Below are positions 26,320-37,700 of a DNA stretch of 64,000 bases, in pieces; position 1 is the first letter of the stretch; every line of letters begins with the position of its first letter. The stretch is from positions 6,845-70,844 of the forward strand of contig JAQCGX010000012.1 of the NCBI GenBank assembly GCA_027619975.1, written 5' to 3'. The notes beneath the pieces are model-generated. The model saw only the letters and a list, made by a program, of their open reading frames with translations, was not told where the DNA came from and searched no databases. The DNA is from Nitrospinota bacterium (lineage in GTDB: Bacteria > Nitrospinota > Nitrospinia > Nitrospinales > VA-1). The translations under genes and the position numbers were made by a program.

Positions 26320-27192
26320 TTGAAAAATTCGTTTTCTATTTATATATGCGCGGTTGTCCTCGGGCTTTTGGCTGGGGCCGCAGGTTCTTCAGCTGTCTAT
26401 GCGCAAGAACGGACAACGAAAAAAATAACCATAGTGGGATCGACGACGCTTCTCCCCATCGCTACCCGGGCCGCTGAACAATTCGCGGCGAAAAACAATA
26501 GAACGGTTTCCATCACCGTCAATGGCGGCGGGTCGGGCGTTGGGGTGCAATCGACCGGAAGCGGCCGCGCGGATATCGGCATGGCATCGCGGGACATCAC
26601 CTCCGCAGAAAAGCAACGGTTCCAGAAACCCGGATTGCGTATCCTGGTGGTGGGACGCGATGCGGTGGCTTGTGTGGTTTCCTCGGAAGTTTATTCCGCC
26701 GGTGTTCGGGCGTTGTCCAGGGAACAGATCGGCGGCATCTACCTGGGGAAAATAAAAAACTGGAAAGTGGTGGGCGGGCCGGACCGGGAAATCGTGGTGA
26801 TTGATAAGGAGCGGCATCGGGGTACCCGGCATGTATTTATGAAATATGTATTTGGCGATGAAAAGGCCAGAGCTCCCGGCGCCCGTCTGGTCACCGGATC
26901 GAATAATGAAGAGCAAAGCAAAATTGCCCAGAGCGATTCCGCCATCGGCATGCTTTCCATCGCCTGGATCAATGCCGATGTGGTGGGGGTCGGAATTCGT
27001 GAGGGGGGTGAAATTATCGAGCCGACACTTGATAATGTTCGCGCCAATCGGTTTCCCATCTCCCGCGACCTGAATTTGGTCACTGTCGGCGAACCTATGG
27101 GCGTTGTCAAAGAGTTTTTAAACTTTGTTGTGAGCCCGGAAGGGCAGAAAATTGTTTCCGAGAGCGGTTATATCCCGGTTCATTCGCATTGA
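26320..27192 (+). CDS. pstS: Phosphate ABC transporter substrate-binding protein (PstS family)
   Basis: 290 aa with signal peptide ...GSSAVYA. Contains ITIVGSTTLLPIATRAAEQF and NGGGSGVGVQSTGSGRADIGMASRDI. TTG start preceded by gggaga. It heads a pstCAB operon. Confidence 0.8.
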   Translation: MKNSFSIYICAVVLGLLAGAAGSSAVYAQERTTKKITIVGSTTLLPIATRAAEQFAAKNNRTVSITVNGGGSGVGVQSTGSGRADIGMASRDITSAEKQRFQKPGLRILVVGRDAVACVVSSEVYSAGVRALSREQIGGIYLGKIKNWKVVGGPDREIVVIDKERHRGTRHVFMKYVFGDEKARAPGARLVTGSNNEEQSKIAQSDSAIGMLSIAWINADVVGVGIREGGEIIEPTLDNVRANRFPISRDLNLVTVGEPMGVVKEFLNFVVSPEGQKIVSESGYIPVHSH

Positions 27193-28094
27193 TCGGGCAT
27201 TTTAAATTTGGCGGGGAAGGTGGATTGCAGGTGAATCGTTTTTTCCGTTTGGACTTCTTTCGGGTGACCACAGCATTCATGGCTCTGGTTTCCCTGGGGT
27301 GCATTGCCGGGCTTTTTGCTTTTTTGGTCGTACAGAGTGTTCCCATCCTGGTGGAACAAAAATGGAATTTCCTGCTGGGTCAAGACTGGTGGGCGGGAGA
27401 GGTGTATGGTGCGTTGCCCATGGTCTACGGGTCCTGCATGGTGACGGGGCTGGCATTGTTGCTGGCCTTGCCCTTGGCGATCGGTGGCGCGGTTTTTACG
27501 TCTGAATTTTTGCCAGCGAAACGGCGCTTGTGGGTGAAGGCGCTGATGGAACTTTTTGCGGGTATTCCTGGAATCATTTATGGCCTGCTGGGGGTCGCTT
27601 TCCTGGCAGGCTGGGTGAAAGAAAGTTTTGGCCTGATCGACGGCAACACGATTCTGACCGCAGGGCTGTTGCTGGGAATCATGATTCTTCCCACCATCCT
27701 GACCTTATCGGAAGATGCTTTACATGCCGTCCCTGGGCAATACAGTGACACTGCTCTGAGTCTGGGATTGACAAAATTGCAGATGATAACCAGCGCCGTG
27801 CTTCCTGAGGCTCTGCCGGGAATCGCTGGCGCCATTTTTCTGGGCTTGGGTCGCGCAATGGGTGAGACCATAGCCGTCATGCTGGTCATAGGCGGGCTCG
27901 ATAAAATTGCCGACCCCTGGTACGACCTGTTTGCTCCAGCTCAAAGTATCGCATCGAAACTGGGACGGGAAGCGGCGGAGGCCATCGGGACGGATTTGCA
28001 GTGGAGCGCCTTGATGGCTCTGGGGATGACCCTGTTTTTGATAGTGATGTTTTTTACCCTGATGGGCAACCTGTTGTTGAAAAGAGTACGATGA
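27189..28094 (+). CDS. pstC: Phosphate ABC transporter permease PstC
   Basis: About 300 aa, polytopic. Contains the EAA-like loop LSEDALHAVPGQYSDTALSLGLTKLQ. The start is uncertain: TTG at 27189 overlaps the pstS stop, and GTG at 27231 is also possible. Confidence 0.8.
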   Translation: MIGHFKFGGEGGLQVNRFFRLDFFRVTTAFMALVSLGCIAGLFAFLVVQSVPILVEQKWNFLLGQDWWAGEVYGALPMVYGSCMVTGLALLLALPLAIGGAVFTSEFLPAKRRLWVKALMELFAGIPGIIYGLLGVAFLAGWVKESFGLIDGNTILTAGLLLGIMILPTILTLSEDALHAVPGQYSDTALSLGLTKLQMITSAVLPEALPGIAGAIFLGLGRAMGETIAVMLVIGGLDKIADPWYDLFAPAQSIASKLGREAAEAIGTDLQWSALMALGMTLFLIVMFFTLMGNLLLKRVR

Positions 28095-28942
28095 TTCTGG
28101 ATAATCTGCTGGAAAAAATGGTGCAGGGTTTATTGGGTTTGTTAACCCTTTTCACGATTTCAATTTTGATTCTTATACTGGGTGCGGTGTTGTGGAAAGG
28201 CGCTCCCGCTCTCGACTGGGAGTTTCTCAGCCAGGCGTCCACAAATTTTGGCGCCGGGGGGGGAATTTTTTATCAGATGGCAGGAACTCTGCTATTAATG
28301 GCCGGTGCGGTGATCGTCAGTTTGCCGGTCGCATTGGGGGCGGCCCTGTTTCAGACAGAGTATTTAAAATCCGAGCGGCTCAAAAAATTTTTTCGGAACC
28401 TGATTCACTCGCTCAATGGCATGCCGACAATTCTTTTTGGCTTGCTGGGCTATATGATTTTTGGGGTGACTCTGGAGACGGGCGTGTCCTGGCTGACAGG
28501 AGTTTTGATTTTGGCGGTGATGATCCTGCCGACCTTGCAGGTGAGTTTTCAGCAGGCGGTTGAAACGCTGCCGGAAAAATACCGGGATGCGGGGATGGCG
28601 CTGGGGTTGAGCCCTTGGGCGATGATCCGTTCCGTCATCATTCCCCAGAGTCTGTTTGGCATCGTCACCGGAGTGCTATTGGGGCTGGCGCGGGCGGCGG
28701 GGGAAACGGCGGCCATCATGTTCACCGCCACGACGTTTTCAGGGATTTTACTTCCCCGTACATGGACCGATCCGGTGCCCACTCTGCAGAGCCACATCCT
28801 TATACTTGCGCAGGAGGCCCTGAACCCGGAAGCGGTGGCCCATGCCTGGGGAGCGGGGTTGGTGTTATTGAGTCTGGCATTGCTATTGATTGCAGGTGCT
28901 CTATTCTGTCGAAGCAGGATGCTGATGGAGTCGGAACGATGA
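28091..28942 (+). CDS. pstA: Phosphate ABC transporter permease PstA
   Basis: The ATG at 28091 overlaps the pstC stop (ATGA). Translation begins MILDNLLEKMVQGLLG.... Polytopic, with loop ETLPEKYRDAGMALGLSPW. Confidence 0.8.
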   Translation: MILDNLLEKMVQGLLGLLTLFTISILILILGAVLWKGAPALDWEFLSQASTNFGAGGGIFYQMAGTLLLMAGAVIVSLPVALGAALFQTEYLKSERLKKFFRNLIHSLNGMPTILFGLLGYMIFGVTLETGVSWLTGVLILAVMILPTLQVSFQQAVETLPEKYRDAGMALGLSPWAMIRSVIIPQSLFGIVTGVLLGLARAAGETAAIMFTATTFSGILLPRTWTDPVPTLQSHILILAQEALNPEAVAHAWGAGLVLLSLALLLIAGALFCRSRMLMESER

Positions 28943-29715
28943 ACAAATTATCACCTGCCATTGAAATACAGAAAGCCAGTATTTCTTATAACGGCAAACC
29001 GGTGCTTGCGGATCTTGATATGGTAGTCCCCGAAAAAACCGCCGTAGGGGTCATCGGTCCATCAGGCTCCGGTAAATCCACCTTGTTGCGCACGCTTTGC
29101 CGGATGAACGATCGGATTTTTGGGTTTCACGTCCAGGGTCGGATTCGGGTGGGCGGTGGTGACATTTACGAGAAGGGGGTCGATGTTTATCAATTACGGC
29201 GCAACGTTGGGATGGTGTTTCAAGCCCCTTGTGTGTTTCCCAAAAGTATATTTGAGAATGCTGTTTTTGCCTTGAAGCGTCTCAGCCCTCATCTCAAGAA
29301 AGAATTTCCGCAAATTGCGGAGCAAACGTTACGAGACGTATTTTTGTGGGAGGAGGTCAAGGACCGCTTGCATAAACCCGCTTCCACCCTGTCTCTCGGC
29401 CAGCAACAACGGCTGGTCATCGCCCGGTCCCTGACCATTCAGCCTGAAATTCTGTTGATGGACGAACCAACTTCCTCTCTCGACCCAAAATCCTCTGCGG
29501 CTATCGAGGCGTTGATCGTTTCTCTAAAATCCCGGCACACGATCGTGCTGGTAACCCACAATCTCTCCCAGGCACAACGGATCACCGATGATTTGATATT
29601 TCTGCATCAAGGAAGAATCCGGGAATCAGGAAGCACCGCCGAAATGTTTGAAAACCCTTCCTGTCCAGAAACCAGGGACTATCTGAATCGCCTTACGGAT
29701 GTTGAATTTGTCTGA
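28939..29715 (+). CDS. pstB: Phosphate ABC transporter ATP-binding protein PstB
   Basis: The ATG at 28939 overlaps the pstA stop. Walker A is GPSGSGKST, the signature is LSLGQQQRL and Walker B is ILLMDEPTSSLD. Confidence 0.9.
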   Translation: MNKLSPAIEIQKASISYNGKPVLADLDMVVPEKTAVGVIGPSGSGKSTLLRTLCRMNDRIFGFHVQGRIRVGGGDIYEKGVDVYQLRRNVGMVFQAPCVFPKSIFENAVFALKRLSPHLKKEFPQIAEQTLRDVFLWEEVKDRLHKPASTLSLGQQQRLVIARSLTIQPEILLMDEPTSSLDPKSSAAIEALIVSLKSRHTIVLVTHNLSQAQRITDDLIFLHQGRIRESGSTAEMFENPSCPETRDYLNRLTDVEFV

Positions 29716-29792
29716 ACATTAAATTCATTCCCTTTAAATTCCCCGCTTAAACATTTATAATCAGGGCATCCATCCATTATTCGGTCAGGGTC

Positions 29793-31370
29793 TTGAAAAA
29801 TAGTAAAGTGAAAAAAAGCAAGGAAATCGATTCATCGCGATCGGGTTATGTTTCGCTGGCAGAGTTGGCCGACGAATTGCGCAAGAAGAACCCCGGCATG
29901 ATGAAAAAAGTGGAAGCTTTGCAGGTTCCAGAAACATCTTTTTCGAAAATTATAGAAGATATTTATGATTTGCTCCCTTATTCCTGGAACGATTTGGAAT
30001 CCTTTGAACATGGAGTGGAGCAAATTATTGCTGGAAATTTTGTGCTCGCGATTGATACGCTAAAAAACCTTGCACAGCAAAATCCCGATTGTTACCCGGC
30101 CCATCATCTCCTGGGGTTCGCTTTCGGGTGTCTGCAAAAATACAAACAGGAAATGGAATGTTATAGGAAGGCTGCAAGAATTCGCCCGGACTATCCCCAG
30201 GTTTATATTGACATGGCCATGTCCTACTGGGTGCAGGGGAAAGAAAAAAAATCTTTTTCCGAGTTCAAGCGAGTGATTCCTCTATCGCCGGATTTTTCAA
30301 CCGTGGAGTTCTGGCTGCAATTAATTTTCGAACGGTTGGAGCGAAATAAAATTATAACCAGATCACGCAAAAGTGAGGAGCTGGAATCGAAACGGGCAAT
30401 GGCTTATGGGAGTTGCTTGTTGGGCGTTGCCTATATTGAATATGGACAACACATCGCCGCGAGACACGCCTTCAAAAAAGCGGTTACCCTTTTGCCGGAT
30501 TTTGCAGAAGCGCAATACCAGTTGGGGTCGATTCATATCAAAAGACTCCGCAACCCCAAACGGGCGGAGAAATACCTTGAACGGGCGGAACAGCTTTTTC
30601 TTCAGCAGGGGGATCTGCAACGAGCCAGCCTGGTTCATCAACTCGGCCAACCGGATGAAAAGGTTGCTGATAGCGGCAAGGCCGCTGAGGAATGGTTGAA
30701 GGAGGGATTGCGGCTTCAGCAATTGGAAAGGTATCAGGGCGCTGTGGACGCTTACAAGATGGCCATCAAGTATCAGCCTAATTTTGTGGACGCATTCTAC
30801 AATTTAGGGGTCGCGTATGGCAGCCTCGAAGATTCCGGATTGGAATTGATCCATAAAGCCATCTGGGCGTTCAAGCAGGTGATTCAAATCAAACCGGATT
30901 TTATTCACGCCTATTCCGCTTTGGGTGCATCCTATATTAAGCAGAAGGAATATGATGAAGCTTTGAAAATTCTCACCAATGCCCTGGTTCTGGAACCAAA
31001 AGAATCGAGTATCTTTTATTATCTTGGGGTGGCAAGCCGCTTGACGGGAAACAATCAGGGGGCGGTGGGATATTTTAAAGATGCTGTCAACCTCAATCCC
31101 GGTTCGGTGCAGTCAAATTTTTATCTGGGTTTGACCTTGATGGAAGTGGAGAGATATGCGGAGGCTTGTGAGGTCTTCGAGGCATTGGTGCAGGTCAAGC
31201 CTGATTTTGCCGATGTCCATTTTATGCTGGGAAATTTATACACGGAAAAGATCAAAGACTCAGACAAGGCCGTTACCCACCTTAAAAAAGCGGAGAAGCT
31301 TTTTGTTAAATTGGACGACAATCCTCGTCTCTCCCATGTTCGGCAGATATTAGCCCACCATCATGTTTGA
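29793..31370 (+). CDS. TPR-repeat protein
   Basis: 525 aa with multiple TPR units (for example AFYNLGVAYGSLED and AYSALGASYIKQKEYDEALKIL). The start is uncertain: TTG at 29793 or GTG at 29808. Confidence 0.7.
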   Translation: MKNSKVKKSKEIDSSRSGYVSLAELADELRKKNPGMMKKVEALQVPETSFSKIIEDIYDLLPYSWNDLESFEHGVEQIIAGNFVLAIDTLKNLAQQNPDCYPAHHLLGFAFGCLQKYKQEMECYRKAARIRPDYPQVYIDMAMSYWVQGKEKKSFSEFKRVIPLSPDFSTVEFWLQLIFERLERNKIITRSRKSEELESKRAMAYGSCLLGVAYIEYGQHIAARHAFKKAVTLLPDFAEAQYQLGSIHIKRLRNPKRAEKYLERAEQLFLQQGDLQRASLVHQLGQPDEKVADSGKAAEEWLKEGLRLQQLERYQGAVDAYKMAIKYQPNFVDAFYNLGVAYGSLEDSGLELIHKAIWAFKQVIQIKPDFIHAYSALGASYIKQKEYDEALKILTNALVLEPKESSIFYYLGVASRLTGNNQGAVGYFKDAVNLNPGSVQSNFYLGLTLMEVERYAEACEVFEALVQVKPDFADVHFMLGNLYTEKIKDSDKAVTHLKKAEKLFVKLDDNPRLSHVRQILAHHHV

Positions 31371-31421
31371 TCGCCGTGCGTCATATGAAATTGAGGGACT
31401 CTCAATGGATCAAATAAAAAG

Positions 31422-32708
31422 ATGACTAACCTATGGCAGTCAAAATCATTCAAGCTCACAGCCAGTGGTTTTGCGCTTGCATTTTTGTTGTTGATAGTAT
31501 CCCTTGGGCGATCAACTGCGGCGACTGCCGTGGAAAAATTGGATCTGCAAAAAATGTCCGCCCATGAGATGGGGGAACAGGCGCTCACGGACTCGTTGTA
31601 TTATAAATTCGATAAATGGTTTGACGTATTTGAAAGAGAAATCAGTCGCCTGGAAGGTTCCCCGGAGTCTCTGAGTAACCGGATGGAGTTGATGAAGTAC
31701 AATTTTTATTACTCCGGTCTTTTGGGGGAACTCAGCCACACCCTGGCGTTCACCAGCAAATATAAAATAGAGGCGGTTGCATCTCGATTTATTTTGCACA
31801 GTTCACGCACTAAAGAGCTGGCTAAAGAAATTCTGGAATCTCCAGATTTAACGACCGGTCAACAGGCCGAGGCGTATTTGTATTTGGGAGGATCGGAAGG
31901 TTATATCGGCATTTTTGAATACGGAGCCGGCCACCTTTTAACGGCCCTGGTCAATGGGTTTCAGGCGGACACCCATTTGGCAAAAGCCCTTGCACTGGAC
32001 CCCAATCAGGTGGATGCGCATTTTGGTTTGGGAGTTTACCGGTACGGAAACAGTCGCTTGGGCGGTGTGGGAAACTTCATCATGCAGGGGGGCCGTGACA
32101 TGCGCCAAAAAGGGCTCGATCATATTGAACAGGCCATTCGTGAGAAGGCGCCCTCCATGCCTCTGGCTCTTAAAACGCTTGCCTGGTTTTACATTTCCGA
32201 GCAAGTCAACCCTGGTAACAGCGGAATCCCGGAGGGGCAGCAATTGTCTGTTTCCTTGTCCCGCGCCAAGGCGGTGGAGTTTATGGAAACGTTGGAATCG
32301 GAATATTTTGCCAATCCCCCCTACCCCGATTTCAAAGGCAACAAGGAACTAGCCATGATGCGGGCCCTGCAATTTATTCTGGATTCCGAATACGCTAAAG
32401 CCAAGGTAAAATTTCAAGAAGTTCTGGAGATTGCTGAAGACCTGAAGAAAAACCGGGGGTTTGCCATCAACCCGCAGTTAACCGATTCGATACAGGCGGG
32501 GGTCGAGTTTAGAGATCTCATGTTAATGGCTCCCGCAAAAAGTGATGAGGCCGGTGTTCGTTCTGCTTGTCTGAAAGTCACCGATCAACTGAATTTTTTG
32601 AACGGCGGGGGAGCCATGGTGGAGTATGATTCCAAAAAAATCCGTGGCGAACTTCATTCTCTTTTTGCCGGCAGGCTTGAGGGAATTTCCCGGCAGATGA
32701 ATTGTTGA
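31422..32708 (+). CDS. Hypothetical secreted or membrane-anchored protein
   Basis: 428 aa with an N-terminal hydrophobic segment FALAFLLLIVSLG. A TPR-like helical region is possible. No family recognised. Confidence 0.5.
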   Translation: MTNLWQSKSFKLTASGFALAFLLLIVSLGRSTAATAVEKLDLQKMSAHEMGEQALTDSLYYKFDKWFDVFEREISRLEGSPESLSNRMELMKYNFYYSGLLGELSHTLAFTSKYKIEAVASRFILHSSRTKELAKEILESPDLTTGQQAEAYLYLGGSEGYIGIFEYGAGHLLTALVNGFQADTHLAKALALDPNQVDAHFGLGVYRYGNSRLGGVGNFIMQGGRDMRQKGLDHIEQAIREKAPSMPLALKTLAWFYISEQVNPGNSGIPEGQQLSVSLSRAKAVEFMETLESEYFANPPYPDFKGNKELAMMRALQFILDSEYAKAKVKFQEVLEIAEDLKKNRGFAINPQLTDSIQAGVEFRDLMLMAPAKSDEAGVRSACLKVTDQLNFLNGGGAMVEYDSKKIRGELHSLFAGRLEGISRQMNC

Positions 32709-32920
32709 CTCCTTTGCGTTAGTAAGACCCCACCTCCTGCCAGAGCCACTTTTTCCATAAATAGTTTTCTCCCCTTTTAGTTTTAAGGCAAGCTGTTGAT
32801 ATTTTGCATGAAATTTTGTCTGTAAGAAGTGTAAGGATTTTATGGACACCCCGACTTCATTTCGAACAGCGCCTTTTAAATCGAGTGCGGATTTTTATGA
32901 CACCTTCTTTGAGGAGACCT

Positions 32921-33454
32921 ATGTTTAGAATTGAATCGGTAGCGGAGGATGCGGCGGAAGGTAGCGTCAAGGCAATTTACGACGAGCTGAGAGATTCCAT
33001 GGGCATTGTGCCCAACGTTTTGAAAGTTTTGAGCCTTTGGCCGGAGGGACTGGAATTATATACGGCGCTGGTAAAAACGACGATGCTGGCCAATACCAAA
33101 CTGACCCGGGCCGTTAAAGAGATGATCGCGTCCACTGTCTCGAAGATAAACCAATGCGATTATTGTTTGGGACATCACAAAAATTTTATGACTCAATATG
33201 GAATTTCCTCTGAAATTTCAGAACAGATTGTGAACGATCCGCAAGCGGCGGAAATATCCGACGGAGAAAAAAAGTTGCTTGCCTATGTGGAAAAGGTCAC
33301 TCGTCATGCCTACAAGGTTTCAGATGCGGACGTTGAGGAATTAAAAAAAATTGGCTGGACGCATGAACAAATTCTGGAGGCGACCTTGGTTGCCGCCTTG
33401 TTTAACGCCATCAACCGGTTTGCGGATGCCCTTGGAGTCCAGCCCGAAGCATGA
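32921..33454 (+). CDS. Carboxymuconolactone decarboxylase/AhpD-like family protein
   Basis: I trimmed the ORF to the ATG at 32921, which is preceded by gaggag. Contains the CDYCLGHH motif (CxxC...H) typical of the AhpD/CMD fold. Confidence 0.65.
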   Translation: MFRIESVAEDAAEGSVKAIYDELRDSMGIVPNVLKVLSLWPEGLELYTALVKTTMLANTKLTRAVKEMIASTVSKINQCDYCLGHHKNFMTQYGISSEISEQIVNDPQAAEISDGEKKLLAYVEKVTRHAYKVSDADVEELKKIGWTHEQILEATLVAALFNAINRFADALGVQPEA

Positions 33455-34437
33455 AAAATTTCCTAGATGCAGGTACTAGCAATAAAGGGAGCGTTTTTAT
33501 GTTTTTCCCTAAGAAATCAAACAAAGCCTTCTTCCTAAGAATAATTTTAGCGGCATGCGCGGTTTTTTTTCTTTCAGGGTTCGACTATTCCAGACACAGC
33601 ATTCCCGTGAATGAAATATTTTCAGGCGGGCCTCCCAAAGACGGAATCCCTTCCCTCGATAAACCTCTGTTTACAACAGCCGATCAGGCTGAAGGTTATT
33701 TGCAGGATGAAGATCGTGTGCTGGGTTTGACAAGAAACGGTCAAGCCAAAGCCTATCCCATCAAAATCCTCAACTGGCATGAGATCGTTAATGATAAAAT
33801 AGGCAAGCAGCCGGTCGTGGTTACGTTTTGCCCTTTATGCGGTACGGGCATGGTGTTCGACGCTAAAGTTAATGGACAGAGCCTGACCTTCGGCGTTTCC
33901 GGTTTACTCTACCAGAGCGATATGTTGCTTTACGACCGCAAGACTGAAAGTCTGTGGTCGCAAATCAAGACAGAAGCGGTGACCGGCCCGTTGACGGGCG
34001 CCCGGTTAAAACTTTTATCTTCCACACAAACCTCTTGGGGACAATGGAAGAAAAAATATCCGCAAACCCTTGTTCTTTCACAGAAGACGGGTTTTCACAG
34101 GGATTATGACCGTGACCCCTACCGGGGATATGCCATCAGCGAACAGCTGATGTTCAGGGTGAAAAACAGGAACAGCGACTTCCACCCCAAGGAGCGAGTG
34201 ATTGGCGTGGATTTTGACGGGACCGTCAAGGCCTATCCGTTTTCAGAACTGGCAAAAGCCAAACAGCCGGTGCAGGATAAATTGAATGGCACTCCGGTAA
34301 CGGTTACTTTCGATAAAAAATCGCAAACCGCCGTGATCCGGGATGCTAAAGGAAATGAAATTCCTTCCGTGGTCGGGTTTTGGTTCGCGTGGTTTACTTT
34401 TCACCCGGACACCGATATCTTCAGAAAAAGTCAGTGA
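33451..34437 (+). CDS. DUF3179 domain protein
   Basis: 328 aa. Contains GGPPKDGIPSLDKP, VVTFCPLCGTG and GVSGLLYQSDMLLYDRKTESLWSQ, the family motifs as I remember them. The ATG overlaps the upstream stop; ATG at 33499 is an alternative start. Confidence 0.7.
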   Translation: MKNFLDAGTSNKGSVFMFFPKKSNKAFFLRIILAACAVFFLSGFDYSRHSIPVNEIFSGGPPKDGIPSLDKPLFTTADQAEGYLQDEDRVLGLTRNGQAKAYPIKILNWHEIVNDKIGKQPVVVTFCPLCGTGMVFDAKVNGQSLTFGVSGLLYQSDMLLYDRKTESLWSQIKTEAVTGPLTGARLKLLSSTQTSWGQWKKKYPQTLVLSQKTGFHRDYDRDPYRGYAISEQLMFRVKNRNSDFHPKERVIGVDFDGTVKAYPFSELAKAKQPVQDKLNGTPVTVTFDKKSQTAVIRDAKGNEIPSVVGFWFAWFTFHPDTDIFRKSQ

Positions 34438-34685
34438 GGGAAAAGTTATCGATATTACTTTTTCATCTTTCAGACGGATGAAGGAAAGCAGGTCACTCGC
34501 CCCGTAAAAAATAAGGCAGTTCCGTCCGCATCGACTCTTTTTTAAAATATGTAACAAAATCCACTCAGATAGTGGTCCTGCGTGGGTGGAAATCCTACCT
34601 TTTTAGTGATCTTCGCACTCTGTCAAATTCTTCAAACCATCAATAACCCTAATATTTAAAAGGTTAACCCTTTGCCTCTCTAATT

Positions 34686-34701
34686 TGGCAAGAAAATTGC
34701 T
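34686..34701 (+). promoter_or_regulatory. Sigma54 (-24/-12) promoter upstream of the hybrid sensor kinase
   Basis: TGGCAAGAAAATTGCT has GG-N10-GC spacing and one mismatch to TGGCACG-N4-TTGCW. It lies 62 nt upstream of the ATG at 34763. Confidence 0.55.
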
Positions 34702-34762
34702 ATTTCTATTTTGCCGGGATTTTCATCGGCGGTTATAGAAATCATTTACTACGGATTGGTTT

Positions 34763-37700
34763 ATGGGAACTCGTTTTAATCTAAATTTACCTCTTAAAAA
34801 TGCTTTCTCAGGCATGGGACGACAGATAGGATTTTTCATAATCCTCGTGTTGTCTTTTATGCTGGTCGGTTGGTATGTTTTCCAATCTGTTGAGAAGGAG
34901 ATGAAAAGGAATCTTTCGAATCAACTCACGACTACCTTGTCGGCGAATGTTGAATCCCTCAGACATTGGGTCCGAGAAAAAAAACTGGATGCCGAGGTTC
35001 TGGCCAGCCAACCTGAGACCCGTGCAAAAATTCTTTCCTTGATTGAATTATCTAACCGGGAAAACTCAACAGTAAAAGTTCTCCAACAATCCGAGGAACT
35101 TCAATGGCTGAGAAAACATCTGGGGGAAGCTTGCAAAAAATATGAATATATCGGATTTGTGCTTCTTGATGATACGGGATTGCAGGTCGGAGCTTTATTG
35201 GAAGAACCTGTCGGCAAACGTCAATTGATTGAGCGTTCTGATTTTTTCTATCGCACCCTGCAAGGGGAAACAGTGTTATCCAACCCCTTTGCAGGCGAAG
35301 TGGACTTGCCTGACAGCCACGGGGTCTGGCAGAAAAATTGGCCCACTATGTTTGTATCCACACCCGTTCTGGATAATGCGGGTAAGAATGTGGGCGTGTT
35401 GGCATTTCGGATTCGGCCAGAGGTCAAATTTACTAAAATACTCGAAGTGAGTCGGTATGGAGATACGGGGGAAACCTATGCTTTTGATCGTGATGGAATC
35501 ATGCTTTCTGACAGCCGGTTTAATGATCAATTAAAAAAGCTCGGTCTCATTCCTGATGGGCAAGGAATTTCCGCTATTCTCAATCTTGAAGTCCGCGATC
35601 CCGGCGGAAACCTGGCGAAAGGATTTGTTCCGGTTACCCCGCGTCACCAACAGCCGTTCACCCGTATGGCCGAAAGTGCGCTAAATGGGAAATCGGGAGT
35701 GGATGTGGAAGGGTACAGCGATTACCGGGGCGTTCCGGTTGTGGGAGCATGGACCTGGCTTCCGGAACTCTATTTGGGAATCACCACCGAAATCGATGTG
35801 ACGGAGGCATTCGGCCCCCTTTATATAATCGCAAGGGGATTCAAGTCAATTATTGGCCTATTATTGTTTTCAACGGTGGTCGTCTTTGGGCAGGGATTGC
35901 GGCAATTTCGTGCGGAAAAAGAGCGTAACCTGGCAAAGGAAAAAACTGAACAAAGTGAAGCTAAAATTCGTGCGATTGTTGACAATGTGATTGATGGAAT
36001 CGTTACCATTGACGAAAAAGGAATCATCCAGGTTTTCAACCCTGCGGCAGTGAAAATATTTGGGTATCGAGCCTCAGAAGTTTTAGGGAAAAGCATCAAT
36101 ATGCTGATGCCGGAACCTTATAAGAGTCAACACGATGAATATATAAAAAAATATGTGGCTAGCGGCAGGTCTGTAGCCATGGGAATGCAACGGGAACTGA
36201 TTGGACTGCGTGAGGATGGCTCGTTTTTTCCCTTAGAGATCGCGCTCACTGAGTTGATCATTGAAGGAAAAAGATTGTTTACCGGGGTCATCCGGGATAT
36301 TAGCGAATTGAAACAGCAAAAAGTGGAAATGGAACGAGTGATGAACCAGAACAAACTGATTCTGGATTCAGCAGGAGAGGGGATTTATGGCCTTGATTTG
36401 CAAGGAAACACGACCTTTGTCAATCCTGCCGCAGAAAAGATGCTGGGTTACTCGGTGGAAGAATTGCATGGCCAGCCTCAGCATTCCCTGATTCACCATT
36501 CTCATGCCGACGGAACCCCTTATCAGCGGGACGAGTGCCATATATACGCCGCTTTCAAGGATGGCAAGGTACGTAACGAAGTCAATGAAGTATTTTGGCG
36601 AAAAGATGGCAGTAGCTTTCCTGTTGAATATGTCAGTACACCCATCCATGAGGAAGGGATGATAGTCGGGGCGGTGGTTACCTTCAAAGATATTACAGTG
36701 AGGAAAAAAGCGGAAGAGGAACTCGTCCTGGCGAAAGAGAAAGCCGAACAGGCGGAAGCAGAGGCCAAATTGGCTAATGCTGCTAAAAGCGAATTTCTTG
36801 CCAATATGAGCCATGAAATTCGCACTCCCATGAATGCCATTATTGGCATGGGAGATTTGCTGGCTGAATCGAAATTAACTGAGGAACAAGAACAACGGGT
36901 CAACGTATTCCGTGGCGCTGGCGAAAATCTATTATTACTGATAAACGATATTCTTGATCTTTCCAAAATAGAGGCGGGTCAAATTGAGCTGGAACGAATC
37001 GAATTTGATCCTGTGCAATTATTGGAAAAAACCATTGAGATATTAGATCTGCGGGCGCAGGAAAAGGGATTAGAGTTGAATTATCATGTGTCCCCCGATG
37101 TTCCGAAATGCTTGTTGGGAGATGCTCATCGGCTCCGTCAGGTATTGATCAATCTGATCGGCAATGCCATAAAATTTACAGAGAAGGGAGAAGTTCTCGT
37201 TCATGTGGAAAAAAATCAAGAAACCGACGAGGCGGGGGGATTGTATTTTTCGGTGTCAGACACCGGGGTTGGTATTCCCTCGCAAAACCTGAAAACCATT
37301 TTTACCAGTTTTTCCCAGGCAGATTCCTCCATAACCAGAAAGTATGGCGGAACAGGACTTGGTCTGGCAATCTCTAAGAGACTGGTGGAATTGATGCAAG
37401 GACAAATTCGGGTGAGAAGTGAGATGGGTGAGGGGAGCCATTTTTCCTTTACGGTAAAGTTTGATGCTGATGCTCCGTCTGAAAAAGAACAACTGGTCAT
37501 ACCTGAAAGGTTGAAAAAAATGAAAGTTCTTCTGGTGGAGCATCGACCCTCCGTTCGTTCGATGATCAAGGACCATCTGTTGGACTGGGGGCTGTGGGTG
37601 GACGATGGGGACTGTGGGGAAATGGTTTTAGAGATTCTTCGGCGGTCCCAAATTAATGACGAGCCTTATTCATTGCTATTGGTAAATAGCCGTCTACCCG

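Noticed and set aside
28874-31050. Two further sigma54-like strings: TGGCATTGCTATTGAT (28874) and TGGCAAGCCGCTTGAC (31034)
   Set aside because: Both lie inside coding regions. Both replace the essential C of the -12 GC dinucleotide (TTGA instead of TTGC).
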